From Lama guanicoe (taxonomy: Eukaryota), in contig MU053810.1 in assembly GCA_013239625.1 (NCBI GenBank), positions 4,806,071 to 4,870,070 on the forward strand: a DNA stretch of 64,000 bases. Reading direction: 5' to 3'. The notes under the pieces were generated by a model. That model worked only from the letters and a program-made list of their open reading frames with translations. It made no database searches and was not told the origin of the DNA. Within the stretch, counting starts at the first letter, position 1; each line of letters opens with the position of its first letter. Shown one piece after another: positions 12,152-22,142 of the stretch. The position numbers were made by a program, and so were the translations under genes.

Positions 12152-14470
12152 GTGACCGCGACTTCCCGAGGGACGGGGTGGGTCCTGGGAGGATGGGGAG
12201 GAGCTTTGAGGACTCCCGGGGCTCTCCCCACCTCGCCCCGTCTTCATTGTCACGAGTCCAATCACGCCTTATTTCAGTGTCCTGAGAAGAAACAGTGGCT
12301 CCTTCCCACCTTGAAAATTCTGTTGCCATGTGGCTTAAGGTCCTGACTCCTCAGCACAGCTTGCTACCTCAGGCATGTCCTAGGGCTGAAAAATAGTGAA
12401 TGCAGTAAATATTTTTTTAAAAGACATTTGAATGAGTCTAAAAACCCACTTTTCATAACATTTTGAAGTTGAACGATGGGTCAAATTATTTTATCAGCCT
12501 CGTTCACGTCAGGAGCATAGGTGGCTTCCATTAGAAGAAAATGAGTGGAAACAAATGAAGCCTTTCTTGAATGACCTACTGGAAGAGCATGTAAGTCCCA
12601 CTTAGTAAAGAGCATCGCAGCCCCTTGGGTGGCACAGGCCAGTCACCCATACCGCGGATGTGCCCGCCCGCACAGGAAGTCACAGTGGAGGGAGGACTGA
12701 AAAATCACTGGCTCATCATGACATTCATTGAAAAGAATATCCCCCAACTTCACACCTACGTAAAAGGTGCCGGTCCTGTATGCATGCTGGGTTTGCGCTG
12801 CTCGGAGCACCATGATAGACTCTGTTTTTGGGTGACGATTAGATCTCTTTCTTCTCCACAGACTAGCTTACAGTCATGAGTACTTTCCGTGTATCAGGCT
12901 GAACTAAGCCCTTTACACGTTGTAGCCCATCCAGTCCTAATTAAAAACCGCATGGGGCAGGCACTCATGTTATTCTCATTTCACAGGTAGACCCGGAGGT
13001 TTGGGGAGGCTCACAGCGGGTAGGAGGTGGGGCTGGGATTTGGGCTGACAGTTTGACCCCAGAGTTGCTGTTGGTTCTGATCTCACAGCCAGGCAGTCAG
13101 TAATATTAGACATTCTGTCTGTTCCAGCTCACGTGTTGGTTGTCAAGCATAGAATCATAAAATAAACAGGACCCCTGCCTTCATAAAACTGCCTCTCCCA
13201 CACGGGAAATTGACACAACTACCACAAATAAACCACTTCCCAACAGTGGCAGTCCTGAATTTACCATTGTTGAATTTGAGGTGCTGGAAGGATATCCAAA
13301 CAGAGTTGCGCATGAGCCACTTGGGACGTGGGATGAAGTTCAAGAGACAGAGTTAGAGGGGGTCCCTGCCTAACTCAGAGGGAGGAAGGAGAGATTTAGA
13401 ATTGGAAGTCACCTTCATGAAGATGATTATTGGCGATGGAAGAGATGGCTATGGTAGAACAAGAAGGAAAGGAGGAAACAGATCCTTGGGGATTTGGGAT
13501 TGAAGGGACGAGGTAGATAAAGAGCAACAGAAGCCAAGGAGTGGTCATAGTGCCGTTTTTCCAATCAAAAAAAGAGCATTTTGGTAAGAAGGGAATGAGG
13601 GACTAAATCAAACTTATGGGTCAAGTACTACGTTCGACAATGTCTTCCATGTAACTAAAATGGTCACAGCAACCAGCCCAGAGGGCGGTGTTGAAAGGCA
13701 CCATCACCACTGTCGTCATCCTCACTGGTACCGTTCATAGACTGCTTTTCTATAGAACAGTATCTGGGGCTCACAGAGGTGAAGTTCCCAACATTCTAGA
13801 GCCAGAACACAGTAGAACTGACATTCAGACACAGGCCTGACACCGAAGGTCATGTCTTTTCCTCTGCACCATGCATGGAGACAGACACATGGCATCAAAT
13901 GACCTAAAAGAGCAGAGGAGGATGAGGGCTGATCCAGCGGTTTGATTTGAAGACAGGCCTAGTCAGGCCGGGGGGGGGGGGCACCAGACTGAGCAGCAGG
14001 AGGAGCAAGCAAAAGGAATTAGAATATAAACCAACCCCCCAGGATGCATGGCAGTGAAAGGAGGAGAATGAAGGAAGCTTTGGCGGTTAGAACTGAGCAT
14101 CCCTGACTGCTGCCCAGGCCGGGATTGGGTGGAGGAGTTATTGTTAGAATCATGTGTTCACTTCATGCCACCACCACCCAAAGGGTGACGAAAGGACATC
14201 AGACTGGACACAAGAGTGGGAGTGGAAAGGGAACACTAGACCATCTCCTGAGGGAAGAAGTAAGAAGGCAGCTACCCGAGATAACGAGGGGGCAGTTAGG
14301 TTGCTATGGAAACCCTCCAGGCGAAGCTGCTACTCGGGGTTGTAGAATGTCTTCGTTGGGCATCACGAGCTTACCGGGCTTTGGGATGACACAGCCCTCA
14401 AGGATCCCGTAAAAATAAAATGCGAGCCTCCTGTTTCAGCAGTTAACGCTGCTGTGCGTCCTTTCTCCAG

Positions 14471-14918
14471 GCACGTCACCGATGGGCTCTTGAAAGGCAC
14501 CGACACAGCCCAGGCCGCACAGTATGTCGCTATGGAGAAGGCCACGGCCGCCGACGTCCTGAAGGCGCAGGAGGAGGCTCCCCACGCCTCGGGCCAGCCC
14601 CTCCCCGGCGCGGGCGTCCCCGGGGACGTGAAGTCGGAAGTGGTGCCCCTGACCGTGCACCACGCCCAGAGCTCGCCGGTGGTCATCCAGCCGTCCCAGC
14701 TCTCCTCCGCGCTGCTGAACCCAGCCCAGCACCCGCCCGGGGGGGCCGGCCCCCACCCGGCCAGCCCTCCCGCCGCCACACAGGAGGTGACCTCGGCTCT
14801 GCAGACGGCGCAGGGTCCTCAGTCCCCACAGATGCCCGTGAATGGTTCTGCCATGCAGAGCCTGTTCATTGAGGAGATCCACGGCGTGAGCGCCAGGAAC
14901 AGGGCCGTGTCTATTGAG
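14471..14918 (+). CDS. KIAA1217: KIAA1217 coding exon, 448 nt (HVTDGLLKGTD...NRAVSIE)
   Basis: Acceptor cctttctccag, donor GAG|gtagag. Phase 2 to 0. Lies within ORF 14454..14945. Confidence 0.93.
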
Positions 14919-15825
14919 GTAGAGTCCGCTTTCGGTTTCTCGTAATTCGGTGAAGGGGGAAGGGACACGGTCCTTTCCCTGCCAGGGTTTACACTCTGGT
15001 TGTAGAGATAATGCATATATATATCCATATTTGAAATGGAAGTACTAAATATTTTATTTATTTTGCTTTTTTTCTATAAGTGAAACAAAAATACGAAAAG
15101 CTGATACAAAAAAATTCAATAGATTCCTCATTCAGCAGTGTCATTACATTAGGAATGCAGTTCCATTAGGCCCGTGGAAATCTTCATTTATCCAGTTTCC
15201 ACACATTTTAATGTAAAATTTTCATAAGTTTATACAATATTTGTAAAATATACTATAAAATATGAAAGATATATTTTACCAAATAAATGTATATTATCAA
15301 ATATGTATTTTATCAAAATATACGTAATTTTATATTTTTACCCCCAAAATATATAGAACTTTCTATTTTATCTATATATGATGTAAACTGATATCAGTGA
15401 GTGTTTTGGTGTTGGTTTCTCTCTCTTTGAACATCTCTATGATGAAAACTGAATGTAGGAAAAGAGTTACAGGATCCATACCTTTGCGAGCGCATCTTTG
15501 TGTCTCTTTCCATGGGCGTTGGTAGAGGTACATAGTAAGTGCTCAGTAATAATTTGATGAATGGATGATGGGATTTCTGAGCTTGCTTCTCTGCAGATGG
15601 AAATCACTTGGGCTTCCGTGGCAGCCTGTTTATAGAGGCGCAGCAGACAGCATGGGTCAGGTCTGTCTGATGTGCAGACATGTCCCTGGGCTTGGATACT
15701 GGAGCATGATTTTACCAACACGCTAACGGTGTTATGCTTCCCCTACCCCGGTATGAAATCTCCGGACTATCAACTAGCCTTTCCAGCTGGCTTTTAAACT
15801 TTCTTCACTTGCTGTTGTCCTTCAG

Positions 15826-16009
15826 AAAGCAGAAAGGAAGTGGGAGGAGAAGAGGCAAAATCTGGACCACTATAATGGGAAAGAGTTTGAGAAGCTCCTA
15901 GAGGAAGCTCAAGCCAATATTATGAAGTCAATTCCAAACCTGGAGATGCCGCCAGCCTCGGGCCCACAGCCAAAGGGCGATGCTCTAGGAGACAAGCTAG
16001 AACTTTCAG
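15826..16009 (+). CDS. KIAA1217: KIAA1217 coding exon, 184 nt, copy 1 (KAERKWEEKRQNLDHYNGKEFEKLLEEAQANIMKSIPNLEMPPASGPQPKGDALGDKLELS)
   Basis: Acceptor gctgttgtccttcag, donor CAG|gtaacc. Phase 0 to 1. Confidence 0.9.
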
Positions 16010-17897
16010 GTAACCGAGGTACTAACCGAGTGCATGTACTCGCTGCCCTCGGGCAGTGTGATGCTGCCCACGTCGGCATGTGCCAGCCAACGGGACCAAT
16101 CTCTCACTTCCTAAGAATCTTATAAATTAAAAAAATTTTTTAATTGGAAAAACAGAGCCTCAGGTGTCCCTCGAGCCTCACTCCTACTTTTTAACTATAA
16201 CCACAGTAGGGAAGCCGTGTTCTGCGTTAGGATTCTAGAACAATGTCCACTAAGGAAAAAGGCAGAGTCCCAGCTTCTGCCTTTTCTACGAGTTTATGAC
16301 CCTTCACAGCACCAACTGGGAGAATATGAGGCCTGCGTTTAAATGGAGAGCTTTTCACGGGCTGCAGAAAGAAAATGCCAGCTTTTATGAGCTCCCAAGG
16401 GCATATTAGATCATAAGGCCAAACTGCATTTTTTAAATCAAAATTATTAGATGGTATATTTAACCAACTAAACTATGGAAATTAAGTATCAATGTGTCAA
16501 TAACAGTATAAAATAGCTGTTAAAAAAACCTACTTAATCTTCAACCAATTACAAACCACGTGCCTTATTCTGATCTTAAAATTATAGAAAAAGACATTAT
16601 TTTACTTGCAGCCAGTGTTTCTCAGAGTCCCATTCAGTGATGTCTTATGCAATGACTAAAATTAATTTGAAAAAGAATCACCATCTTGACTTGCCTGGCA
16701 AGGAGTGTGGATGTGGAATGACCGGTGTAACACTCTCCTCCCAAATTTCTGTTTCCCCCAGCTGCTCTAAAACATCACTCTTTGAAACGTTCCCCCTCAG
16801 TCTATGCTGAGTTTTTCACCTCCTTTCCCACCTGCTAACTGTGTGAGGCCTGTCCAGGGCCCTGGAGGGTCAGGCCTGGACATGGGAGATGTGTCTCTGC
16901 TCTCACAAAGATGGCTTTTCTCCCGAAGTTCGCAGGCAGGAATTCCAGCGGATAAAATAATCTACCTCATTAGGGTGTCTCTCTGGCCTAATTCTGGTTC
17001 CTCTCATTATTAATTTTCTCATCTAGTCCTTTGATGTCTTATAATCATAAATAAATTATAAATCAGTGATCATTTTTGCTTCCCACGATTGCACAACAAA
17101 AATAATCACATTACATTTTTTTTAACTTAACCTCGTTTGGGCTTTTTATTCTTTCAGATTTAAAAAATGTTGCATACATTATTTTTTAACTTACTCTCCA
17201 GAGTATCTTTACTCATTTCAAGTGTTCTTACTGTTGTTTTCTTTCTCTGTTTTTTTTTTAATTGATGGCCTCAGTTCTTTCTTGATAGAATGTCATATAT
17301 AGCCCACCAGAAGTGTGTAAGTCTGTAAATGCTGATTTCTGTTATTTTTATTTTTTTGTCATGGGTGTTACCGCTTTTATTTATTTTTCCTTACTAACAA
17401 GGTAAAATTCTAAGCTTGGGGTTTTTAAAAACCATTTGTATTTCCTTTTGTGTGAATTGTCTGAGTACTTAGATCTCAGATACTTCCCTGTTGGAAAGGA
17501 TGGATGGTCCCCAAAAATCAGTTGAGAATTTGGGACTTGTGGCCTCAGGGTTAAAGCAAAAATATTCACCGAGACATATGTTTTCAAACAGCAAAGAAGG
17601 CTTTTTTCAAGACTATTGCCATGAGAGAGAAACTGAACTCCACTCTGGGTGCCGCATATCGGGGGAGAGGGGGGTCTTGCTAACGGCAGCTAACGGCAGG
17701 CCAAGGGCGTAGCTGTCAGGGGTAAGGAATGAATGAAGGCCAGAGGTCAAGACGGGGGTGTGGGGGGTTGCTAAACCAACCTGAGAGTCTTTGTTAAAAC
17801 TAGGCTCAGCAGACCAAGGGCAGGGCCAAATCTCCGGACTATCAACTAGCCTTTCCAGCTGGCTTTTAAACTTTCTTCACTTGTTGTTGTCCTTCAG

Positions 17898-18081
17898 AAA
17901 GCAGAAAGGAAGTGGGAGGAGAAGAGGCAAAATCTGGACCACTATAATGGGAAAGAGTTTGAGAAGCTCCTAGAGGAAGCTCAAGCCAATATTATGAAGT
18001 CAATTCCAAACCTGGAGATGCCGCCAGCCTCGGGCCCACAGCCAAAGGGCGATGCTCTAGGAGACAAGCTAGAACTTTCAG
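17898..18081 (+). CDS. KIAA1217: KIAA1217 184-nt exon, copy 2 (identical exon sequence produced by tandem duplication)
   Basis: Same exon sequence as 15826-16009 at offset 2072. Acceptor gttgttgtccttcag and donor CAG|gtaacc are intact. Which copy is used cannot be told from DNA. Confidence 0.8.
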
Positions 18082-19567
18082 GTAACCGAGGTACTAACCG
18101 AGTGCATGTACTCGCTGCCCTCAGGCAGTGCGGTGCTGCCCACGTCGGCATGTGCCAGCCAACGGGACCAATCTCTCACTTCCTAAGAATCTTATAAATT
18201 AAAAAAAAAAATTTAATTGGAAAAACAGAGCCTCAGGTGTCCCTCGAGCCTCACTCCTACTTTTTAACTATAACCACAGTAGGGAAGCCGTGTTCTGCGT
18301 TAGGATTCTAGAACAATGTCCACTAAGGAAAAAGGCAGAGTCCCAGCTTCTGCCTTTTCTACGAGTTTATGACCCTTCACAGCACCAACTGGGAGAATAT
18401 GAGGCCTGCGTTTAAATGGAGAGCTTTTCACGGGCTGCAGAAAGAAAATGCCAGCTTTTATGAGCTCCCAAGGGCATATTAGATCATAAGGCCAAACTGC
18501 ATTTTTTAAATCAAAATTATTAGATGGTATATTTAACCAACTAAACTATGGAAATTAAGTATCAATGTGTCAATAACAGTATAAAATAGCTGTTAAAAAA
18601 ACCTACTTAATCTTCAACCAATTACAAACCACGTGCCTTATTCTGATCTTAAAATTATAGAAAAAGACATTATTTTACTTGCAGCCAGTGTTTCTCAGAG
18701 TCCCATTCAGTGATGTCTTATGCAATGACTAAAATTAATTTGAAAAAGAATCACCATCTTGACTTGCCTGGCAAGGAGTGTGGATGTGGAATGACCGGTG
18801 TAACACTCTCCTCCCAAATTTCTGTTTCCCCCAGCTGCTCTAAAACATCACTCTTTGAAACGTTCCCCCTCAGTCTATGCTGAGTTTTTCACCTCCTTTC
18901 CCACCTGCTAACTGTGTGAGGCCTGTCCAGGGCCCTGGAGGGTCAGACAAGGCCCGGACATGGGAGATGTGTCTCTGCTCTCACAAAGATGACTTTTCTC
19001 CCGAAGTTCTCAGGCAGGAATTCCAGCGGATAAAATGATCTACCTCATTAGGGTGTCTCTCTGGCCTAATTCTGGTTCCTCTCATTATTAATTTTCTCAT
19101 CTAGTCCTTTGATGTCTTACAATCATAAATAAATTATAAATCAGTGATCATTTTTGCTTCCCACGATTGCACAACAAAAATAATCACATTCCATTTTTTT
19201 TAACTTAACCTCGTTTGGGCTTTTTATTCTTTCAGATTTAAAAAATGTTGCGTACATTATTTTTTAACTTACTCTCCAGAGTATCTTTACTCATTTCAAG
19301 TGTTCTTACTGTTGTTTTCTTTCTCTGTTTTTTTTTTAAATTGATGGCCTCAGTTCTTTCTTGATAGAATGTCATATATAGCCCACCAGAAGTGTGTAAG
19401 TCTGTAAATGGTGATTTCTGTTATTTTTATTTTTTTGTCATGGGTGTTACCGCTTTTATTTATTTTTCCTTACTAACAAGGTAAAATTCTAAGCTTGGGG
19501 TTTTTAAAAACCATTTGTATTTCCTTTTGTGTGAATTGTCTGAGTACTTAGATCTCAGATACTTCCC

Positions 19568-19967
19568 TGTTGGAAAGGATGGATGGTCCCCAAAAATCAG
19601 TTGAGAATTTGGGGACTTGTGGCCTCAGGGTTAAAGCAAAAATATTCACCGAGACATATGTTTTCAAACAGCAAAGAAGGCTTTTTTCAAGACTATTGCC
19701 ATGAGAGAGAAACTGAACTCCACTCTGGGTGCCGCATATGGGGGGAGAGGGGGGTCTTGCTAACGGCAGCTAACGGCAGGCCAAGGGCGTAGCTGTCAGG
19801 GGTAAGGAATGAATGAAGGCCAGAGGTCAAGACGGGGGTGTGGGGGGTTGCTAAACCAACCTGAGAGTCTTTGTTAAAACTAGGCTCAGCAGACCAAGGG
19901 CAGGGCCAGTGGAAAAAAGGGGTCAGAGGAGCCTGCATCAAGCTGGGCATAGAGGGAACCTGTGTCA
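19568..19967 (-). mobile_element. ERV1-type solo LTR (MER31/MER67-like); a truncated duplicate lies at 17489-17827
   Basis: TG...CA ends. The reverse strand reads caggctcctctgacccc...cccttggtctgctgagcctagttttaacaaaga, resembling the MER31 5' part. Confidence 0.55.
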
Positions 19968-20789
19968 TTACATATGAACGGGAGACTGGAGCCCACCTCC
20001 AGGGGCCCTCGGCCTGTGCCCATCCCCAGAGGCAGCCATCCTGAGGCTGGCCTGCTGGCCCAGGGACGAGCCACCCTCTGCATGGGACAGGGACTGTCTG
20101 CTACACAGAATCACTGGTGGATCCCCCTGATGACTTCCCCAAGTCTTCATTCCAACTTTGAGTAGAAAGTCCTCAAGCACTTGCTCTAAGCAACTGTCTC
20201 AGCTGCTCAGAAAAGACAAACATGCTCCCAGGAGGCCAGACTGCATCCCCAGAGTTGGGACAAAGGCCAGCTGGAAGCTTCAATCCCACATTGCTGGTTT
20301 CACGGCTTTTGTGAGCACTTGGGTAGAGGGTTAGTAACCGGCAGGGGTGAGGGATGTTGATGAAGGAATGGAGCTGTTTGAGTTTTGGGTAAAAAAATGC
20401 CTTTTTCTGGGGGAAACTCAGCACCTGGCTGCCTCTCCTAACCTTTGGTGTCAATACTAAATTTATTAATCCCTCCTTTCTGTGTTTGCTGCCTTTGCTC
20501 ATTAGCAGAGAGCCTTTTCTAACCGTACAACCATGACCGAAGAAAAAAATCCACTTTCTCCGATGTTTTTCTCTGACCCCATCTGTCTCCCCTCCCTTCT
20601 GGCTCTTCCTGGGCCAGATTCTACTCGAACATCCTCAGCATGAATCCTTCCTACTAACAGACTAGGGATGATGTTTTCCAGACTAGGGATGAAGGCCCCG
20701 GAGACTATGCAGGGGCCCCTAGATTTGCCTTTAGGCCTCGATCTTTCATTTCTCCAAGTAACACCAACTTTTTGGGTAACAAGAAATTT

Positions 20790-21030
20790 GCTTAATAATA
20801 ACAGGTCATACTTGCATAGCATTTACTATAAGCCAAGCTCTATTCTAAATGTTTTATGTATATTAAACCACTGAATCCTCACAATACCCTAGTGGCAAAG
20901 ATATAATTAGCATACCCATTTAACAGATGAGAAAACTGAGGCAGAGAGCGGTTAATAAACTTGCGCAGGGCCTTTCTGGGACTTCAAACCAGTCAGGCTT
21001 CGGGGTCTTTATCTTTCATTGTTATACTAT
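20790..21030. mobile_element. MIR SINE (other MIR relics near 3140-3290, 4490-4640, 12880-13070, 28530-28720, 38280-38500, 40720-40940)
   Basis: cccatttaacagatgagaaaactgaggcagagagcggttaataaacttgc is the MIR core. Confidence 0.75.
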
Positions 21031-21136
21031 GGAGAGAACAGAGAAGTAAATTTTAAGTCTGAGTTTATAGAACTACACTGGACTTTCTGGACATCATCTT
21101 GAAAGATGATTTTTGCAATGACACATTGTCTTCCAG

Positions 21137-21300
21137 AAGACTCTCCAAATTCAGAACAGGACTTGGACAAGCTGGGGGGTAAGTCCCCACCACCTCCTCC
21201 CCCGCCGCCACGGCGGAGCTACCTGCCAGGATCGGGGCTCACCACCACGAGGTCCGGCGACGTGGTCTACACCAGCAGGAAGGAGAACATTGCTGCTAAG
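21137..21300 (+). CDS. KIAA1217: KIAA1217 coding exon, 164 nt, proline-rich (EDSPNSEQDLDKLGGKSPPPPPPPPRRSYLPGSGLTTTRSGDVVYTSRKENIAAK)
   Basis: Acceptor ttgtcttccag, donor AAG|gtctga. Phase 1 to 0, in frame after one copy of the 184-nt exon. Confidence 0.92.
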
Positions 21301-21977
21301 GTCTGACGGGTTAAGCCCTGATAAACTAGTCTCTGGGTTCAGATGATGCCCTCAGACAAAGTCTTCTCTGCTCTCATTGAGAACCTTAAAAAGTAGCCAG
21401 GCAGAGAAGTGGAGAATAAATCTCCAAGGATGCACCACAGATGGAAAATGTCAGCCAGTGTTATTGGACTAGATTGAGCACCAGGAGCTGTAGCCCTATT
21501 TGACTTTTAGCTGTGCTCCCCAGCTACTTCCCCAGCAAAGCATCCTAAGATTGAAAATGGGGATCGGAGGGGGAAGCAAAAGGAAGATCGCCTCACAGAG
21601 GTAACTGAGACTAGCTGACACGGTCAGGGAATCTATACAGAAAGAGGTTCAGCGAGCTTTAACTTCCGCTTAACTTGGCAAGTTTTGTCTTTTATGTTAA
21701 ATGTAAAATACAGTCTCCAAGGAGGGCCTTTCTTAAAGAAACTGAAGTTGAGGAGTTACAGTTTTATTATAATTCTTCAATCCATGCACCGAAGTGACAG
21801 CATGGGCAAAGAAAAACCCAAACTAAATGCAAGTGGACAAAATAGCCTTCCAGCTCAGTAACCTGGGAAGCCAGTGCAGCGGACCATGAGGGAATGTGTG
21901 CTGGATTGTGATCTGACTCTCTTTATGCCTGCGCTGGGGGTGTTAAGCCAGTATCTTTTGGTCTGAATCTTGCGCAG

Positions 21978-22142
21978 ACAAGCAGTGAAGATGCTGGAGC
22001 AAGCCCGCAGGCTAGAGCCACCAAGTGTCCCACTGAGGAGCCTGCTTCGGCCTGGACCCCATCGCCACCACCTGCCACTGCTTCCTCCTCAAAGGACGAG
22101 GAGGAGGAGGAAGAAGGAGACAAAATAATGGCGGAACTCCAG
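21978..22142 (+). CDS. KIAA1217: KIAA1217 coding exon, 165 nt (TSSEDAGASPQARATKCP...KDEEEEEEGDKIMAELQ)
   Basis: Acceptor atcttgcgcag, donor CAG|gtatgt. Phase 0 to 0. Confidence 0.9.

Larger units (their letters stand above)
15756..19907 (+). repeat. Direct tandem duplication: unit 1 15756-17827 (2072 nt), unit 2 17828-19907 (2080 nt)
   Basis: Both units start aaatctccggactatcaactagcc and end agaccaagggcagggcc. About a dozen substitutions plus a few small indels by eye. Confidence 0.97.

Noticed and set aside
15180..15390. Very AT-rich quasi-repetitive tract (also (TA)n at ~53850 and ~59370, (GTTTT)n at ~30986, poly-G at ~13970)
   Set aside because: Ordinary low-complexity or microsatellite DNA with no regular repeat-spacer structure.
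16020..16026. TACTAAC as a donor-proximal branch point enforcing steric mutual exclusivity of the duplicated exons
   Set aside because: It is ~1.9 kb from the next acceptor with many intervening AG dinucleotides and no adjacent pyrimidine tract, so use as a distant branch point is implausible.
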